Source: Octopus sinensis
Lineage: Eukaryota
NCBI RefSeq assembly: GCF_006345805.1
Contig: NC_042997.1
Location: 18,414,001-18,478,000, forward strand
Reading direction: 5' to 3'
Length of the DNA: 64,000 nt
In this document: in pieces, positions 12,201-24,169 of the stretch
Layout: every line of letters begins with the position of its first letter
Numbering within the stretch: the first letter of the stretch is position 1
Notes under the pieces: model-generated
The model's input: the letters and a program-made list of their open reading frames with translations, nothing else
Told to the model about the DNA's origin: nothing
Databases searched by the model: none
Translations under genes and position numbers: made by a program

Positions 12201-13439
12201 ACAGTATTAATATTAGCTAGAAAATTTGTTGTTGAAGGGAGTAAGAAGCCTTTACATGGCTGTTCTAACTTCAGCACCAACCAAAACCTATAAGCAAAAT
12301 TATACTGATAAGGGAATGATTTGTTTTGATATTCAGTATTTTTGAAAAACCACAGGAGAACTTTGGAATTCTCAGGTTTTACAAATACAAAACTTCATCC
12401 TTCTTTATATATATAAAAACAAAATCATGATTTTAAGTGATATGAAATGAATTGTTTTAGAAACAGATATTTTAAACACTTATCATTGTATTAATCATAT
12501 TGTCACGATTAATTTACAATTATAATTAACAATGATAGGGATGTAGTTTATGGATACTAATACGATGCTATATTCATCTATGTTTTATCTCCATAACTCA
12601 AAAAAGTTATATCACATTGACATATCTTGAATTCCTGAATTCTGCAATAAACAATAGGATTGATCCTGGTTATACAAGCTAAGAGTAAACTTCTCCATTA
12701 TACAATGTTTCAATAGATTGAGTGAAAGTTTCAATACAAGCTTTCTTGTCACGATTCCTGTCAAAAATTATCTATGAATTGTGCTAACATGATTTTCAGT
12801 TTCCAAATTTTTTTCTAGCCTTGCAAAACAATAATTCCATATTTCTCAAATCCCTTATTTGTATGGTTTGAGAAATACTTACAAGTTTTGATATAAATCT
12901 AAAATAGCTTTATCTTCTAGTTTACTTTTGCAGCAAGGAAAACTTTCTATTAGGAAAGTTTAAAGGCTTTTTTTGCCAGGGATACATTATCATTGATTAA
13001 CTTACAAACAAAACAGTCAATACCCCAGTTAGGTTAAGCACCATCTTAAATTTTCACTCCTCATGGCAACTGAACTTATCAAAGTTTTCTCAGAATTCTC
13101 CTCTAGATAATAGTCTATTCTTATGAATTAGACAATTGCAACACATGTCATGATTTTAATGGAATCTAGAAAAAAAAAATAATAGTGTGAGATGTAAGAG
13201 AAGAAGAAGAAAAAGAAATAAGCATTCAGAAAAATTACTTTTCAATATCAAAGAGTAGAGTTAATTGCAAAGGAAGAAATGTTGAGTAACTCATTGAGTT
13301 AAAAAAGGTTAGAAGGTATAACAGGGAATTTCATCTAATGTTGTAATTCTTGAAAGAATATGAACAACAGTTGCTTCTCATGACCTCCTTTAGTACTGTA
13401 AACAAACAAACTCACAAATGTAAAGTATCTCTCCATAAT

Positions 13440-13720
13440 ACTTAAAGAAGCCTTTATGTAGTCATCTGATCTGTTAGAAATAATAACCAACTCCCTTTCA
13501 ACTCACAACTCACCATCTTCAAAGAATTGGGGTTTTATCAAAATCATGTCACCAGCTATGAAAAGAAACTAAACTTAAAGAAGTATAGATTATTAACTGA
13601 AGGAGTGAATGAGAAGAATTTTATAGATGGTAACAACCAGACTGTTTCTGATCATAGATCTGCTCTATCAAGGCTAATCTAAGACTGAAGAACAACAACC
13701 AAGATAAAATGAAACATTGA
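13440..13720 (-). mobile_element. Old dispersed repeat (family D); related fragments near 1800-1870, 10445-10620, 10800-10870, 18980-19040 and 49440-49680
   Basis: Recurring degenerate motif like GATTTGGCTGCTATTTCTAGCAGG..GACCATGTAGAGGCT; class not determined. Confidence 0.4.
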
Positions 13721-14055
13721 ATATTATGTATCTTTCCTAATGGATACAGCATTATGTGGGTGACGAAAATCCCAGTTTATTGACCCTTAGAAGCCTTTTA
13801 ACTTGACCTCTTTTGTTGATCAGATATTTCTTAGATAATCTGTTTTGATCAAACAGATGTTATAAAAAAAAGTGAGAAAAATATTGTTATCATAGAGTAA
13901 CAAAATTGTGTAAGAAGTAACAATAGACAATGGCAGACTGTGCGATATAAAAATACAATATCAAGGTTGATAATAGAGAATTTCTATTCAAGTACCATAA
14001 AGCCCTTGTTTCAAATCTTTTTAATCAATATCATCTTGAGTTTGGTAGGATCAAG

Positions 14056-14059
<4 letters not shown>

Positions 14060-14108
<49 letters not shown>

Positions 14109-14220
14109 CTTTATATTTCTCTCCTTCTTTTTCTCTCATTATTCCTGTCTTTTCTTCTTTCTTTCCTCCTCTCCATTTCTCTTTTTCTTTTCTTTCTTTC
14201 TCTTTTTCTTTCTTTATGCT
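14060..14220. repeat. (CTTT)n / pyrimidine tract
   Basis: Direct reading. Confidence 0.9.
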
Positions 14221-14704
14221 TCTGTTCTACCTCTCTATGGCTTTAAGTTTCTGCGTTTACACTTCATTGATCTCATTAGTGGATAGGAAGTGTTTAGTAT
14301 AAGTTGATGTACTTCCTTATAGATGGGAAGGGAGTCCTTGCACCAGACTCAGACTAGCATAATGGTTATTAATGGCTAAATCTTCATGCACCACATACTA
14401 CTGCTGCACTATATCTAGGTAGCAATCAAACCCTTAAATAACAATGATACAGGACAAAAACAAAGATTTAGCTAGTATAAAGTTGAATTATATATGTGTG
14501 CATGTATCTGTGTGTGCGTGTGTGTGTGTGTGTATGTTTATGTATGTGTATACTAAGACACAAATAATTACCACCAAGTATGAGACTGTTTGAAACAACT
14601 TTATATATAAGGTAATAGGAATAAATCATTCTCACATTTAATGTTTATCAGTATAAGATTATATACAAAAATTAACAGACTAAAACAACTTTTGAAGTGC
14701 ACTT

Positions 14705-14947
<243 letters not shown>

Positions 14948-16239
14948 ATTCTTTAAAAATACGTATGTGTATGTATGAGAGCACAAATGTTTGCATGTGT
15001 ATGTATGTATACACAAAGTTTTAATAAAACAGTCAAAATACACAGTGTTAATCTGATTGCAAGATCTGTGACAGAGGGAAGGGGTAGTTTGGAAATACCT
15101 TCATCTAAAATTTTCTATGCATATAAAATGAAAAGAAAGAAAGGAAAAGAGCATAAGAAACTTATTTCTTTGAAAGCGATATCTATCTAAGAAGACTGGT
15201 ACAATGTGATTGCTGTGCACAAGCCAGACATTAAACCACGCAGAAAAAGCTGGCTTCAACAAAGCAGAAATATGCTGAGCCATTTGGACAGCTGGTTGAT
15301 TGAAGAGGAAGAGATCTCCCGTAAGCATCTAGGAGGTCTAGATCTGGAAGTTGTGATATATGACCAAGATAACTTGAACGAAGCAGATCTGTAAAAGATT
15401 GCAGTTAGATGGATGGAATTCTTCTAAACTTTTGGTTTTAGGTGGGTTAGTAAAATAAATATAAAAACAAAATGTAAAATGAGAAACAAAAATGTAAATG
15501 TACAGACAATGTGTCTATAGGAGATATTTTATCAATATATTTGAAGACTTTTATGAAAAACCTAGTGTGACACAGATATTAAATTATATACTGTTTCCTT
15601 AGAATATAGGTAAGTAATATGCATTCAGTATCCACTATACTGAGAAATTCATATTTTGCCATGCTTATTCACATTATTATAAATAAACAAATGTATATTT
15701 ATTTTATCAGAAGTAAAGCTATATAAAGATTTGCATATTTACCTTTATTAATAAGATAAACATACTAGAGATAAATTTATGTATGCATGCATACACTATC
15801 ATAAGATCAAACCATTTATAAACATAAATATTCACAAACACACATGTGTATACATGCATGCATACACACTGCTTCTGCACTAATATATATATAGATAGAT
15901 AGATACACACGCACACACATACACACAAACACACACACACCATTATGATTTCTAGTCACCACTCTCTCTTCCATATTTAAACAGAATTCATTGTCTTGTG
16001 ATTTGAGTTTCACGCCACTGCAATCTCTCAGTGTATGTGTTGGGATGTGGGTGTTGTTTACACACACACACACACACACACGCACACATACATGCATACA
16101 CATGCACATACACACATGTATGTATAGTTGTCTAAAAGTCCATAAGTTACAAAAACAGACACACATATGTTGATTAATTGAGTAGGTGTATTATTATTAA
16201 TGAAAAACGATATTACATTTTTATATTCTCAAAAAAGAT

Positions 16240-16466
16240 GGGAAGCTGGTAGGATTATTTAATATACCAGAGAAAACGGTTCATGCCATTTTGTCTTCCT
16301 TCATGTTCTGAGTTCAAATTCTGCCATGGTCAACTTTGCCTTTCTTTCTCTTGGGGGTTAATGAAATAAGTACCTATTGCATTCTGTCTGGGGGTTGATG
16401 CAGTTGACTTAGCCACTCCCTCTGCCAAAATTTCAGGTCTTGTGCCTATAATAAAAAAGAATTATT
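16240..16466 (+). mobile_element. SINE family M copy
   Basis: GAGTTCAAATTCTGCCATGGTCAACTTTGCCTTTC...AAATAAGTACC. Confidence 0.75.
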
Positions 16467-16473
16467 AAAACAA

Positions 16474-16672
16474 TAATAATCCTTTCTACTATATGCACAT
16501 AGCCTGAAATATTGGGGGAGGTGTCTAATCCATTACCTCAGTCCCAGTAATTAACTGGCATGTTATTTTATCAATTCCTAGGGGATGAAAGGCAAAATTG
16601 ACCTTGATGGAATTTGAGCATAAAGACAAATGAAATGCTTCATTTTGTCCAGTGCACCAACAATTCTGCCAC
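16474..16672 (-). mobile_element. SINE family M copy, tail-to-tail with the previous one
   Basis: GGATGAAAGGCAAAATTGACC..GGAATTTGAGC is the reverse complement of the family M core. Confidence 0.7.
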
Positions 16673-16717
16673 TTCATATGTACCTATCCGTCTCTCTGCA
16701 GGTCAGTTGCCTAGTCT

Positions 16718-16795
16718 GTCTCTACCTACCTACCTACATACCTACCTACCTACCTATCGATCTATCTATCTATCGATCTATCGATCTATCTATCC

Positions 16796-16875
<80 letters not shown>

Positions 16876-16879
16876 GTCC

Positions 16880-16919
<40 letters not shown>

Positions 16920-16929
16920 CATCTATTTG

Positions 16930-16979
<50 letters not shown>

Positions 16980-17188
16980 CATCTATTTGTCTATCTGTCT
17001 ATCTGTCTGTCTTTCTTTCTTCCTTCCTTCCTTTCTTTCTTCCCTCCTTTATTTCTTTATTTCTCTCTCTCTCTCTCTCTACATACACACACTCACAGAG
17101 ATAGAGAGAGAGAGAGAGAAGGAAAGAGAGAGAAAGAAAGAAAGAGAGAGAGGGGGAAAATAAAGAGAGAGAAAGAAAGAGAAAGAAA

Positions 17189-17226
<38 letters not shown>
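16718..17226. repeat. Compound (CTAC)n/(TCTA)n/(TCTG)n/(GA)n microsatellite block
   Basis: Direct reading; source of the 205-aa and 177-aa low-complexity ORFs. Confidence 0.95.
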
Positions 17227-17229
<3 letters not shown>

Positions 17230-17608
17230 AAAATGTTTTTGGCCATATATAGAATTGAATATTGGTAATAATAATAAAGTTTGCTAGAAGAAATTAAGTA
17301 ATTGTACCTTACTTGATTTATATACAGGTAGAGAGAGTCTTCAGTCTTTTCAAGGAAATGAAATGAAATGGAATAAAATAAATTGTAGTAAAATAAAGAT
17401 GAATACTTTATTTTATTTCATTCCATTTCATTCCATTTCCTTAAAAAATTTGAAGCGTTTTTGTACCTCTGTATAAATAAACCTCAGAACAATTTCTTCA
17501 TCATTTCTTGTGAATAACCTTACATATATATATACACACACATGTGTGCACACATATACATAGATAGATACATACATACACACATACATACATACATACA
17601 TACACACA

Positions 17609-18890
17609 CAGAAACGTCCCATTACGACAGTAATGCAATCCTGAAAATCTTACCATAATGCTAAGTTAATTATCCCATTGATTTTGATGCTATAAATTTA
17701 TAATGTACTTTAACGAATATTTTAAAAATATTACAAAAAGGTAAACAAAAGAAAAAAGAAATCACTCAACTACTTCTATGCATAAAAATAATGATTTGTA
17801 AATATATATAGTAAAATATCTCTGCATAAAAACATATGAAGAAAAATATAGATAAGAATTATCATTTTGTAATAGAGGACAAACCACCATTTGCAAAAGA
17901 TGTTGACAACTATGTGAGGGATGGTGGTGGTGCAATGAAATTTTCTAGGAAGATGAAGGCCACTAATTCCCGTCTTATATTTGATAGTCATCCACTTGAG
18001 GGACGAAGAACCTATCCAAAATTGCTTGCTGTTTATGATACATCATCTCTTTGTACAATTCAGTGTGGGAACTGAGCTTATTGTAAACTCTGGTAATTTC
18101 TATATTACATTCATCATTAGGCGCATTATCAATAAAATATTTAAGCCTTCCTCTAGAAGTGTCAACCCTTTAGCAATATTGTGTGCAGTTAATTAAAGTG
18201 GAGCTAGCGGAAATTTCCATATTCTAAGCTTGCTCTTGTTCTCACAGTATCAGCTGCTTCTTAGATAAACTTTCACTATGAAGGTACTAGCAACTCAAAT
18301 CTATCTCTCTATGGGACAGAATGGCACATCAACTCATCTATTACTTCTTCAGTTGCAAAATCCGTTGCAAGTGTTAGAATATTTTTCAAGTTTAATGTAG
18401 ACTTAAACTTGCAGAAACCTTGTAAAATCATGGATAAAGTGTGGTTGTATATTTTTCTAAGCCAGTGGCGAGCTGGCAGAAATGTTAGTATGGTGGGCAA
18501 AATGTGTAGCTGTATTTTGTCTGTTGTTACGTTCTGAGTTCAAATTCTGCTGAGGTCAACTTTGCCTTTCATCCTTTCAGGGTCAATAAATTAAGTACTA
18601 GTTACGTACTGGGGTCGATGTAATTGACTTAATCCCTTTGTCTATCCTTGCTTGTCCCCTCTGTGTTTAGCCCCTTGTGGGTAGTAAAGAAATGTATATT
18701 TCTCTATGCACCATCCAAAGTTGACTCACCTGTGTCAACAACAGCATCCATTATGTTGAATTCCTTTTGGAGGTATCTAACTGTAGGCTAATCCTCCCTA
18801 TCAATTGCTTTCATAAGTTGTTTGAAATTTGTAGATAAGATGCCTTATCACATGTAGATCCATTGGCTGGAGCAAAGTTGTATCCTGCTC
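17609..18890 (-). mobile_element. Tigger/pogo (DDE_1) DNA transposon relic, 3' half, split by a SINE
   Basis: The minus strand reads DTTLLQPMD..FKQLMKAIDRED*PTVRYLQKEFNIMDAVVDTGES, then PHFIHDFTRF..IDELMCHSVP, then NIAKGLTLLEEGLKYF..YKEMMYHKQQAILDRFF. A Tigger-like terminus CAG..ATTACGACAGTAATGC starts at 17609; that boundary is less certain. Confidence 0.7.
18463..18692 (+). mobile_element. SINE family M full copy with a 17-bp imperfect TSD
   Basis: TSD TGTATATTTTTCTAAGC (18446-18462) / TGTATATTTCTCTATGC (18693-18709); core motif CTTTGCCTTTCATCCTTTC.GGGTC.ATAAATTAAGTAC resembles the MetaSINE domain. Confidence 0.9.
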
Positions 18891-20529
18891 TAACATTATA
18901 AGAAAACTTATTTGAATTCACTAGGTGGCTTTGTGTATTGTCAAGATTACGTTGTCCAACATGTTTTTTTAAAAACTTGCAGAGTGTGCATTGGAGGATA
19001 TTTGGCTGTTATTTCTAGCAGGTTGATAGCCATATAAAACTTTCTGGAAGAAATAAAGACACATTTGTAAACTATACATAGAATCTAGATAGGCAATTAA
19101 ATATCAGGTAGATTTACATATTTTATTAGAGTAGAAGTAGTTTCTACAACCTCCATACAATTAATCAATGTGTGTCAAAGTGTGCAATGTAATTCTCTGC
19201 TAGACAGAAGAATCGTATATAGGAAAATAGATATGTGGTAGCACTTAGCAACTAAGCCAACTATCTGTGTGCCATAGGTTAACAACAACCTTCATAAAAC
19301 AAAAGATTTCTAATAAAGATACTGGCATTAACAAAGGACAGTTTTCTTGATTGAGTTTTCACTATTAAATCTCTGAAGATATCTCTGTAATTTAATCCTC
19401 TAAACATGATGGAGAAATTTATAAGAAATAAAGAATTTTCATATACATACACACACACACACACACATATATATGTATAAGAAAACAAAGTGTATGTATG
19501 CCACTATATATATACATATACATATACATAGATGTATGTCTGTATGTAATAACAAAGCAAGAGATAAATTACTTAATAACATGCTAATTTATATGTAGAT
19601 ATTATTATGTCATCAGCACTAAGCGAGATGGTGCATTGAATGTTCTAATTTTATTTGCTTCCACTAAAACTGAATAACTCTCACAGTGAAAACTTGCTGA
19701 GAAATCTAATTGAACTTAATGTCAAGTATTAAGAAAGTGACATTGGTGGCATGATTAGGATCCATAAGTTTATTTCATGCAAGTGCCAAGGGGATTTAAG
19801 ATGCTGAATCAATTCATTGGTGTGTAGGTATGCATGCAGAAATGATTCCAGCTAAAGTGCCGATATTCACATTAGGTCATGCAAAGAGACATCTCAGAGA
19901 TTATAAATTTGAATTCCTCCTAACAGGAATAGGATTTTACCGAGGAAATATTTACACTTATTCTGATTACAAATAAAGGAGGATGGGGTCGGAGCATAAA
20001 ACCTTTAAGCATGCTGTTAGTATACTGCTGATAGGCAGAGCTTTAATTGGTAATCTGTCAGAATTAGATTAATTTAATTATAAATTGCAGCTGTTGACCC
20101 TCCTCATAGCAAAAAAAAAAAAAAGTCATGGTCAGTTCATTTATGATATATAAAATTAATGAGTCTAATTAAGACAAAGTTGTAAGGAACAATAATAAAG
20201 CACATTTATCATTCTGATGTTGATTTGTTATCGAGACACAAGCTCAAGGATTTATAGTAGAAAGGGAATTAACTGAATGACAAGTTATATCTTCATCAAG
20301 GGCATAGTGAGCAAATGAAAGGAGATATTTACAATCAAGAAGTGAAACTACATCACAGATTTTTATTGTTGGAAACTTATTTCTTTTCACACTATCGTAG
20401 TTTTACATCGATGAAAGGTGGCCATTTGTATTATGCAATTAGGAAATTGTAATGGCATTTGTTTCTATCAAGATTTCATGAGAAATCAGTGTCCTATATC
20501 TTGAACTAAAATGTACCGTTATTCTTTTA

Positions 20530-20665
20530 ATATTGGTTTCAAATTTTGGCACATGGCCAGCAATTTTAGGGGAAGGGGTAAGTTGATTAAATCAATCCCA
20601 GTGTTCAACAGCTTCTTATTTTATCAATCCCAAAAGGATGAAAGGTAAAGTTAACCTTGGGTGAA
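20530..20665 (-). mobile_element. SINE family M 3' fragment
   Basis: Reverse complement of the family M core and 3' part. Confidence 0.65.
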
Positions 20666-20782
20666 TACAAAAAACTGGTAATGGATGTATATGCACATGG
20701 CTCATTCATCAGCACAACATTGAAACCCTTCATGCTTCTAATATTGATTTAAATTTATTTTAATCAGTGTAGTACTTCCAAT

Positions 20783-21068
20783 GTGGAGGTGCAATGGCCC
20801 AGTAGTTAGGGCAGCGGACTTGCAGTCGGAGGATTGCAGTTTCGATTTCCAGACTGAGCGTTGTGTGTGTTTATTGAGCAAAAACACCTAAAAGCTCCAC
20901 GAGGCTCCGGCAGGGGGTAGTGGCGACCCCTGATGTACTCTTTCACCACAACTTTCTCTCACTCTCTCGTCATGTTTCTTGAGTAACGCTGCAATGAACT
21001 GGCATCCCGTCCAGCTGGGGGGAACACATACGCCACAGAAAAGGGCGACGTTTATCGTTTTTTTTTTT
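20783..21068 (+). mobile_element. SINE family B full copy with a 13-bp TSD and T-rich end
   Basis: TSD TAGTACTTCCAAT at 20770-20782 and 21069-21081; head matches the 6060 copy. Confidence 0.9.
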
Positions 21069-21861
21069 TAGTACTTCCAATACTGGGTATCATAATGATC
21101 AAGTTAATATAACTATTTATAACATGTCACTTAGGTGCTCCCATAATTTAACCAGTCCTGAAGATAGTATACATAACTATCAAAATGGGCAGCCTGCTTA
21201 ATTTTACCATATCTAATTTATCATTCATCTTTTACTTGTTTCTATCATTGGACTAAAGCCATGCTTGGCTATCACCTAGAAAGGTTTTAAGTCAAATGAA
21301 TCATTCCAAGTATTTATCTTTTAAAGTTTCTTATACTAAATTGCAAAGTTACAGGAGCAAAATCAAACCAACACCAATTTTCAAGTGGTGGTAGCAGATG
21401 AACACAAAGACACATGCATACAGACATGCACACACACATACACACACACACACCACACACACACACACATATATATTACTTACTATTGAAAAACTAACCA
21501 GCTGCAAAAATATCAACAAATTTATTCTTCTTTCTCTCCTTCTTCCTTTCCTTCTCTTTTTCTTTAACACATCTTTCAGATACAAAAACATACACACACA
21601 CACACTCTCTCTCTCTCTCTCAATTTCTCCCCATTCCTCACCCTCTTGTACTATCTTATATCTCTCCCCACCCCTACACACTCAATAATACTATAAAAAA
21701 GAGTCAAAATTCCTGCAAAAGTTCAATTTGAAAACTCCACTAGAGTGGACAAAATCGCTAATATATGATATATGATTTATAAAAACATGTAACATACTAA
21801 TAAATATCTGTAAATATAAAACCATCCAGATTTCTGATTACCTCATTTCTTCTAATATATA

Positions 21862-21934
<73 letters not shown>

Positions 21935-21959
21935 TATATGTATATATATATGTATGTAT

Positions 21960-22290
21960 AAAACTTATATATAAAATGTACAAAAGGGGACAAGAATGAG
22001 ACGACACAAAAAAACAGACAGGTCATTCGAAGCCTCTAATCTTCAGTCAGGAACCGGATCATCTTAGCAATTTCGGCTGATTAATCCTGATATCGCTCCG
22101 ATTCGGCCAGCCCCAAGGAAAAACTAAGCTCCGAGCATTAGATTTCTTGGAAAAAGGATCAAATGTATTCGAAACAAAGACAGAAAACCGGACGATGCCT
22201 CATAAATATAAATACAAGAAACAAAAAATAAAAATGAAAATAAAAAACAAGAATAGTAATAACAGGACAGCGAGAGTCTTATGACTTCAG
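21960..22290 (-). mobile_element. Unclassified CpG-retaining repeat, possibly Penelope-like derived
   Basis: Starts next to (TA)n; the minus strand has CTGAAGA..CGAA..GTC (22046-22016), a degenerate hammerhead-like core. Confidence 0.3.
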
Positions 22291-22619
22291 ACAATTTAAC
22301 TTATCTTGGCTGGCGTATTTTGAAAAAATGCCTTTGCGGCAGACAGAGACAACAGTGTTAACATGGCAGCGGTCAAAGGTGAAAAGACCAGTTGAACAGC
22401 AGTTACATGACAGGAGGGAAGAAGAGAGAGAAAAAAAGGTAGGGGGCAAGGAATCAAAGAGAGAGAGAAGGAAAGGGACAATAATGGTGCAACATAAGAA
22501 AGACAGAGAAATGTGAAGGAGTAGGGGAAGAATCAGAAGTAAGGAGAGAGAAAGACACAGATTATAGAGAAAGTGTGTGTAAAGACGTCGTATATATATC
22601 TATATATATGTATATATAT

Positions 22620-22784
22620 ATCCCTGGATCTTTCCTTCTCCTATGTTTCCGATGAAGAGCTCCATTTGAAACGTTAAACCCTCCTTCTTTCCTTCTTTCC
22701 TGAGCGTCCAATAATACTATATTTGTTCCACGTCTTCACGTTGTTGTGTTTTTTTTTTGTGCTTTCTTGTTTGGATTAACTATT

Positions 22785-22785
<1 letters not shown>
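22620..22785 (+). mobile_element. Short repeat with a degenerate minimal hammerhead-like motif
   Basis: GTTT-CCGATGA...GAAA-CGTT-AAAC (22645-22679); stem I pairs, but the core carries U4C and stem II is broken. Confidence 0.35.
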
Positions 22786-22817
<32 letters not shown>

Positions 22818-22820
22818 ATG

Positions 22821-22864
<44 letters not shown>

Positions 22865-22950
22865 AGATAAATAAAAATATATGCATACATACAAACATAT
22901 ATGTACGTACCTACATCTACATGTATATATACATGCATATACAAATAATT

Positions 22951-23610
22951 ATACGGGAGTACAGGACATCACAATAAGACGTAGAAACGGAAAAAGCCAA
23001 AAAACAAAAAACAAGAAAACGGAAAACGAAAAACAAATACAGGACGAGCTACACAAGGACAAAACCCCCGTCATCAGCTGTCGCTAGAGGAGTCAGGCAT
23101 GTTTCGAAGGCATAACAGAACACTAATCCAATAGGCCTTCCTGCGAGAGAATTAAAATAAAATTTCAAGCAGCGGGGCACAATGAGTACGAACACAAACA
23201 AGACGTAACAATAAGACTGCAAAATTAAAATACATGTACAAAAACAAACACAAGAGGACGAACGAAAAAGCCTTTTTTCTGGCATAGACAAACAATAAAA
23301 CTGCAAAAATAAAAATACATGTACAAAAAGTACAATTAGTTACAAAACGAGAAAATAACAAGAATACTATACAGGAAATCAACCACACAAGGGGACGAAC
23401 GAAGAAGCCTTTTGCTGGCAAGGACGAAAGTGTAGTAGCAGCGCGTGGAGGCAGTCTTTTCAATAGTGGAAACCACGTGTAAAGGAATTTTGTTTTATAG
23501 GCAAGGAAGAGGGAAGGAGGAGGGGGACACGCGGCGAAGAGAGAGGAGGAGGGGGAGGGAGAAAGATTGAAGAGGTTAAAGCAAAGGGAGAGAGTACCGC
23601 ATCTTCAATA
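22951..23610 (-). mobile_element. Unclassified repeat with internal duplications; shares its 3' tail with 58825-58995
   Basis: Tail GATGTCCTG(T/C)AC(T)CC; duplicated units ACTGCAAAA.TAAAATACATGTACAAAAA and GGACGAACGAA.AAGCCTTTT..CTGGCA. Confidence 0.45.
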
Positions 23611-23615
23611 TAATA

Positions 23616-23654
<39 letters not shown>

Positions 23655-23656
<2 letters not shown>

Positions 23657-23810
23657 AGCTCCTTTTAGTTTCAGTCTACCAAATCCTTTCACAAGGCTTT
23701 GGTCAGTCCATAGCTATGGCTGAAGACACTTGCCTAAGTGCCAAATTCATTGTAGGACTGAACTTGCAATCACGTGGCTGAGAAGCAAACTTCTTACCAG
23801 AAGGCCACCT
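23655..23810 (-). mobile_element. SINE family A 5' half (diverged)
   Basis: TTTCAGTCTACCAAATCC..ACAAGGCTTTGGTC..GAAGACACTTGCC. Confidence 0.7.
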
Positions 23811-24043
23811 GAATATACCAAATGTATTTTCTTTGAAAGGATGTGGGGGGGTGTGTGTAAATGTCTTTATGAAAAGCATGATGCTGTTGTCCTTGTTATT
23901 GTTGTTATTGTTATTATCATTATACTGTGGTTTTATTTTGATTTTGTGCTGCCAAAAACAGCTCTGTGCACTTTATCTTTTGTTTCTATTGTACTGAAAT
24001 GCTCTGCACAATGTGTCCCTTACTACTATTTCTTCTACTGCAC

Positions 24044-24061
24044 TTGCTGCTGCTGCTGCTG

Positions 24062-24120
<59 letters not shown>
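24044..24120. repeat. (CTG)n(CTA)n microsatellite
   Basis: Direct reading. Confidence 0.95.
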
Positions 24121-24169
24121 GTTTTATTTCTGTTATGTGAACTCATCATATAACCAAAGCAGTTGTGTG

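Noticed and set aside
15170-15425. 62-aa ORF KPDIKPRRKSWLQQ..LDLEVVIYDQDNLNEADL
   Set aside because: It may be a LINE C-terminal relic, but I cannot assign a family or any splice context.
17836-18196. Protein-looking plus-strand ORFs (79 aa and 71 aa)
   Set aside because: They are antisense to the Tigger transposase C-terminus.
18729-18780. Minus-strand exon with the strong donor CACAG|GTGAGT
   Set aside because: It lies inside the Tigger coding relic (IMDAVVDTGES); the donor match is coincidental unless RNA data show exonisation.
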